Part shown: positions 60,583-64,000 of the stretch, one piece after another
How the letters are laid out: every line of letters starts with the position of its first letter
How positions within the stretch are numbered: position 1 is the first letter of the stretch
NCBI GenBank assembly: GCA_035516595.1
Contig: DATJAE010000273.1
Span: 5,015 to 69,014 of the forward strand
DNA: 64,000 nt
Origin: Kofleriaceae bacterium
Lineage (GTDB): Bacteria; Myxococcota_A; Polyangia; Haliangiales; Haliangiaceae
Reading direction: 5' to 3'
Program-made: the position numbers and the translations under genes
Notes under the pieces: generated by a model
The model's database searches: none
Told to the model about the DNA's origin: nothing
Seen by the model: the letters and a program-made list of their open reading frames with translations, nothing else

Positions 60583-61232
60583 CGCGCACCCGGGCGCGGC
60601 GTCATCATGCGCAGCGCGAGCTCGGCGTGGAGGTCGGCGACCTGATCGATCGTGAGGCCCTGGTCGCCGGGGAACCAGAACGACACGCGGATGCCCATGC
60701 CGCCGATCGCCGCGGTGGCGACCCACGCGTGCGGCGGATCGAACACGCCGGCGGCGACGCCGCGCGCCACGACCTCGCGCAGCAACGCCTCGGCCTGGCG
60801 GCGCAGCGCGAGCGCCGGCGCGACCAGCTCGGGGGACAGCGCGTGCATCTCGCTGGTCGCGACGGTCGCGAGCATCGCGTACTCCGCGTGGATCCGGACA
60901 TGGGCGCGCACCAGCGCCTGCAGCTGCGCGATCGGTCCGTCGGCGCGGACCACCGCCGCCTGCATCGCGCGCAGGTGCTCGGCGTGGCCGATCCGGACCA
61001 GCTCGGCGAGCAGGTGCTCCTTGGACCGGAAGTGATCGTAGAGGTTGGCGGGCTTGAGGCCGAGCTCCTCGCCGATGTCGCGGATCGACGTCCCGTGATA
61101 GCCGTTGCGCGCGAACAGCAGGAGCCCGGTCGCGAGGATCCGGCCGGCGGTACCGTCGCGCATCTCCTCCGGCGGCAGCGTGGGCAGCTCCGCGACCAGG
61201 CGAGGTACCGCGCCCTTCATGGCCGGGAGCAT
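60579..61232 (-). CDS. TetR/AcrR-family transcriptional regulator
   Basis: The HTH block reads RILATGLLLFARNGYHGTSIRDIGEELGLKPANLYDHFRSKEHLL. The start is ATG 61232 or 61220. Confidence 0.88.
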   Translation of the reverse strand: MLPAMKGAVPRLVAELPTLPPEEMRDGTAGRILATGLLLFARNGYHGTSIRDIGEELGLKPANLYDHFRSKEHLLAELVRIGHAEHLRAMQAAVVRADGPIAQLQALVRAHVRIHAEYAMLATVATSEMHALSPELVAPALALRRQAEALLREVVARGVAAGVFDPPHAWVATAAIGGMGIRVSFWFPGDQGLTIDQVADLHAELALRMMTPRPGAR

Positions 61233-61258
61233 ACCGATCGATCGGTCGGTTACAAGCG

Positions 61259-62764
61259 TCACGGGTGTACCCCGAGCTGGTCGGCCGGCGCGGTCGCGAG
61301 GGACCGGGTCATCTGCGCGAACCCGAGCAGCTGTGTCCGCATCAGGTCGTAGTCGGTGAGCTGGGTCGCGATCTCGGGCAGCCGTCCGACCAGCAGGTCG
61401 TTCGGTGCGGTCAGGAACTGCACGAGCGGCACGACGCCGAAGTTGTGGCCCTCGCCGAGCACCGCCGGCCCCGCGACCACGCTGCGCGGCAGCTGGCGCG
61501 CGAGCGCGAGGCTGGCCGCGACTAGCGGCGGGTTCGGCCAGCTGTACACGAGCTCGGGCTCGACGTCGCCGGTCGCTGCCATGACGCCGGGGCTGACCTC
61601 GTCCCACTCGAGCGCGCCGAGGTGCTCGAGCTCGATCACCGCGAGCGCGTGCGCGCGCAGCTCGGCGAGGTGCACGGCGGCGTAGTCGAGGATGCCGCGG
61701 CTTCCGACGAAGTGGCCGCCGGTGAGCACGATCCGGATCGTGCGGGGGCGCTGCGCCTGCGGCAGCTGCAGGAAGTAGCTCGCGAGCGCGAGGATGCCGA
61801 CCGGGCCGTTGTCCTCGAGCGAGTTCGGTCCGTCGGTATGGCTCGACAGCAGGATCTCCTGGTCGAGCCGCACGCCGGGGATCACGCCGACCACGTTCTC
61901 GGAGGTCGCCGGCGCGAGCGTCGCGTCGAGCGTGAGGTGCGCGAGCTGCAGCGGCCTGGCATCGAGCGCGTCGAGCATGCCGGCGCCGGTGGCGCGGTCG
62001 ACGTAGACCGCAGGCAGGTCCGGCGTGGTCGTGCCGAAGAACGGCGCGTAGGTCGCGCGCGCCTCGGGCTCGGGCGCGTCGAGGATCCCGACCGCGCCGA
62101 CCGCGCCCGCCGCCGCGAGCGCGTCGAGCACCGCGGGGACGTACAGCATCGCCGACAGGCCGAGCCGCGCGACCGGCGTGGCCTCGGTGAGCCCGCCGCT
62201 GGTGTAGAGCAGCGGCCCGGTCAGCGCCGCCAGCGGCACGGTCTCGGCCGGCACGTCGAACACGACGATGCGGCCGGTCACGCCGCCGATCGCCGACAGC
62301 GACGCGGCCACGCGCGCGCGCAGCTGCGATGGATCGAGCGACGCCAGCGTGGCGGGTGCCGGCAGGTAGACCAGGCCTGCGGTCAACCCGCCGGGCGGCG
62401 TCGCGCCCGAGTACGGCACGTAGCCCGACAGCGCGACCGATCCCGAGGCCGGTCCGCCGACCAGCTCGAGCGACCACGCGGTCGGGATCCAGCGCGTGAA
62501 CGTGTAGGGCTCGGTGTGGACGTCGCTGACGCCGAGCGCGGTGAGCTGGTCGACCAGCCACGCGATGAACGCCTCGTCTGCGGCGCTGCCGGTCGGCCGA
62601 AGTCCACCGTCGAACTGATCGATCGATAACTGCCAGATCTGGAGCTGGCTCGCACTCGGCATCGTGGCGTCCTGGGCGGTCGTCGCGAGATCCGCTTCGG
62701 TGTTGCCGCTACATCCGACGAGAAACGCCGCGATTGCCGCGATCGCCGTTCGCATGCGCGGCAC
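61259..62764 (-). CDS. M28-like (aminopeptidase-fold) lipoprotein, assignment tentative
   Basis: 501-aa ORF with the lipobox AAFLVGCSG. The block NVVGVIPG...ILLSSHTDGPNSLEDNGPVGILAL resembles the metal-binding core of M28 peptidases, but the later acidic motif is not obvious. Confidence 0.6.
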   Translation of the reverse strand: MPRMRTAIAAIAAFLVGCSGNTEADLATTAQDATMPSASQLQIWQLSIDQFDGGLRPTGSAADEAFIAWLVDQLTALGVSDVHTEPYTFTRWIPTAWSLELVGGPASGSVALSGYVPYSGATPPGGLTAGLVYLPAPATLASLDPSQLRARVAASLSAIGGVTGRIVVFDVPAETVPLAALTGPLLYTSGGLTEATPVARLGLSAMLYVPAVLDALAAAGAVGAVGILDAPEPEARATYAPFFGTTTPDLPAVYVDRATGAGMLDALDARPLQLAHLTLDATLAPATSENVVGVIPGVRLDQEILLSSHTDGPNSLEDNGPVGILALASYFLQLPQAQRPRTIRIVLTGGHFVGSRGILDYAAVHLAELRAHALAVIELEHLGALEWDEVSPGVMAATGDVEPELVYSWPNPPLVAASLALARQLPRSVVAGPAVLGEGHNFGVVPLVQFLTAPNDLLVGRLPEIATQLTDYDLMRTQLLGFAQMTRSLATAPADQLGVHP

Positions 62765-62787
62765 TCTACGCGCGCGAGAGGCCCACG

Positions 62788-62822
62788 GTCAATCGAAAAC
62801 TGATCGATCGGTCAGTCGAAAT
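62788..62822. promoter_or_regulatory. AT-richer direct repeat plus near-palindrome in the divergent promoter region
   Basis: GGTCAATCGAAAA (62788-62800) and GGTCAGTCGAAAT (62810-62822) match at 11 of 13 positions. They flank the near-palindrome ACTGATCGATCGGTCAGT (62799-62816). Confidence 0.35.
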
Positions 62823-62976
62823 CGCGCGGCACGCCGGGATCCGCCGCGGCGACGCGGTCGCTCGCGGGCTCGCCGGGGCCGATGGTCACGCCGCGGCGAC
62901 GCGGTGGTCGCTCGCGCGCGACAATCGACGACGAGAAAGTACGACGCCCGGCGGCTCGCCGTGCGTTGCCGATCGC

Positions 62977-63900
62977 ATGGTGCATCGCAATTTCCTGGTC
63001 CTCGCGATCGTCGCCGCGCTTGCCGCCGCATGCGCGAGCAAGCACGGCTCCGGCTCGCCCGCCGCCGCGCCGGTGGGCGCCACCGCATCTGGCGCCGCGC
63101 CGGTGGGCGCCACCGGATCTGGCGCCGCGCCGGCCGCCGCAGGATCCGCGAGTGCGCCGGCGGGGCTCGGCGTGCCGGCGACCGAGCAGCGCAAGCTGAT
63201 CCGCACCGGGAAGCTCTCGCTCGGGGTCGGCGACTTCGAGACCGCGCGCGCGAAGATCGACGCGATCGTGACGCAGGCGGGCGGCTACGTCGATGCGACC
63301 GCGGTCCTGCGCGACGGCGATGGCGCCGCCGGCGCCACGATCGTCGTGCGCGTCCCGGCGCTCGGCTTCGACGCCGCGCTGCCCCGCTTGCGCCAGGTCG
63401 GCAGGGTGGTCGCGGAGTCGACCCAGACCGAGGACATCACCGACCAGTACGTCGACACGACGGCGCGGCTCGACAACGCGCAGGTGCTCGCGAAGCGCCT
63501 GCGCGAGCTCGCGGCCGACCGCACGGCGCGCATGGAGGACCTGCTCGCGGTCGAGCGCGAGCTGGCGCGCGTCGAGGGCGAGATCGAGCAGCTCGAGGGC
63601 CGCATGCGCCAGTGGAACGATCAGATCGACCTCAGCACGATCACGATCGACCTGATGATCGACCGGCCCGCACCGCCAGTGGCAGCGCCCGCGACGCCGT
63701 CGCTCGGCGATCGCGCGGGCGAGAGCTGGCACGGATCGCTCGCGGCGCTGCGCGCGTTCGGCGCCGCGCTCGCGATGATCGCGATCGCGTTGCTGCCGTG
63801 GCTGGTCGTGTTCGCGCCGGCGATCGTGATCGGGCGGCGGATCGTGCGCCGCGTGCGCACGCCGCGGGCGACCACGCGCGCGGCCGGTCGGAGCGACTGA
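62977..63900 (+). CDS. DUF4349 domain-containing lipoprotein
   Basis: The ATG at 62977 gives MVHRNFLVLAIVAALAAAC (lipobox). The DUF4349 pattern is present (KLIRTGKLSLGVGDFETARAKIDAIV...DITDQYVDTTARLDN...coiled coil...C-terminal TM helices). Confidence 0.85.
   Translation: MVHRNFLVLAIVAALAAACASKHGSGSPAAAPVGATASGAAPVGATGSGAAPAAAGSASAPAGLGVPATEQRKLIRTGKLSLGVGDFETARAKIDAIVTQAGGYVDATAVLRDGDGAAGATIVVRVPALGFDAALPRLRQVGRVVAESTQTEDITDQYVDTTARLDNAQVLAKRLRELAADRTARMEDLLAVERELARVEGEIEQLEGRMRQWNDQIDLSTITIDLMIDRPAPPVAAPATPSLGDRAGESWHGSLAALRAFGAALAMIAIALLPWLVVFAPAIVIGRRIVRRVRTPRATTRAAGRSD
63061..63133 (+). repeat. 30-bp in-frame tandem repeat (about 2.4 copies) inside the DUF4349 linker
   Basis: The units gccgccgcgccggtgggcgccaccgcatct and ggcgccgcgccggtgggcgccaccggatct are followed by ggcgccgcgccgg. 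They encode AAPVGATASG / AAPVGATGSG / AAP. Confidence 0.8.
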
Positions 63901-63936
63901 CCTGCGGGCGGATGTCGCCCGATCGCACGAGCGGCA

Positions 63937-64000
63937 TCATTCTGCGCGCGAGCCGCCGATCGGCTTGACCCAGTCCGACCTCGGCGCGGCGTGCAGGTCC
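63937..64000 (-). CDS. possible 3' end of a minus-strand CDS that starts outside the window
   Basis: The reverse strand reads DLHAAPRSDWVKPIGGSRAE then a stop (TCA at 63937-63939 on the plus strand). GC3 is high, but only 20 codons are visible. Confidence 0.25.
   Translation of the reverse strand, partial: DLHAAPRSDWVKPIGGSRAE

Overview
This is a very GC-rich window (about 70% or more by eye, with strong G/C bias at third codon positions) and it is densely coding. I support about 60 protein-coding genes on both strands. I saw no rRNA, tRNA, CRISPR array, transposase or integrase. The gene content suggests a Myxococcota-like genome, which is inference only. That content includes three Hanks Ser/Thr kinases, many lipoproteins with an LxxC lipobox, WD40 and Kelch-like propellers, ECF sigma factors and an MRJP/yellow protein. 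Many long ORFs in the six-frame track are antisense or out-of-frame artefacts of the high GC content.

Recognisable genes include gcvP, msrP with an msrQ fusion, an S53 sedolisin, an ECF sigma/anti-sigma pair and an NPP-type phosphodiesterase. There are also a GST, a WYL regulator, GntR, ArsR and two TetR regulators, SDR, GNAT, PEBP, MRJP and a PHB-depolymerase-type esterase.

The most interesting loci are:
1. An unassigned lipid or small-molecule locus at 53.5-59.6 kb. It is built around a translationally coupled pair of KAS III proteins, one canonical and one that keeps the Cys but lacks the His/Asn. An SRPBCC protein, a hydrolase, an acyltransferase and an acyl-CoA ligase accompany them.
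2. A VIT-vWA protein ending in a GlyGly-CTERM-type tail. Its stop codon overlaps the start of a rhombosortase.
3. MsrP next to an MsrQ fused to an FNR-like reductase and a 2Fe-2S ferredoxin.
4. A Ser/Thr kinase with a PspB-like N-terminus, 3 nt downstream of gcvP.
5. A WYL regulator in an operon with a HEAT-repeat protein.

Several AT-rich perfect palindromes in intergenic regions stand out against the GC-rich background and look like operator sites.

All domain calls come from reading the translations by eye. No database search was possible, so any claim of novelty is unverified.
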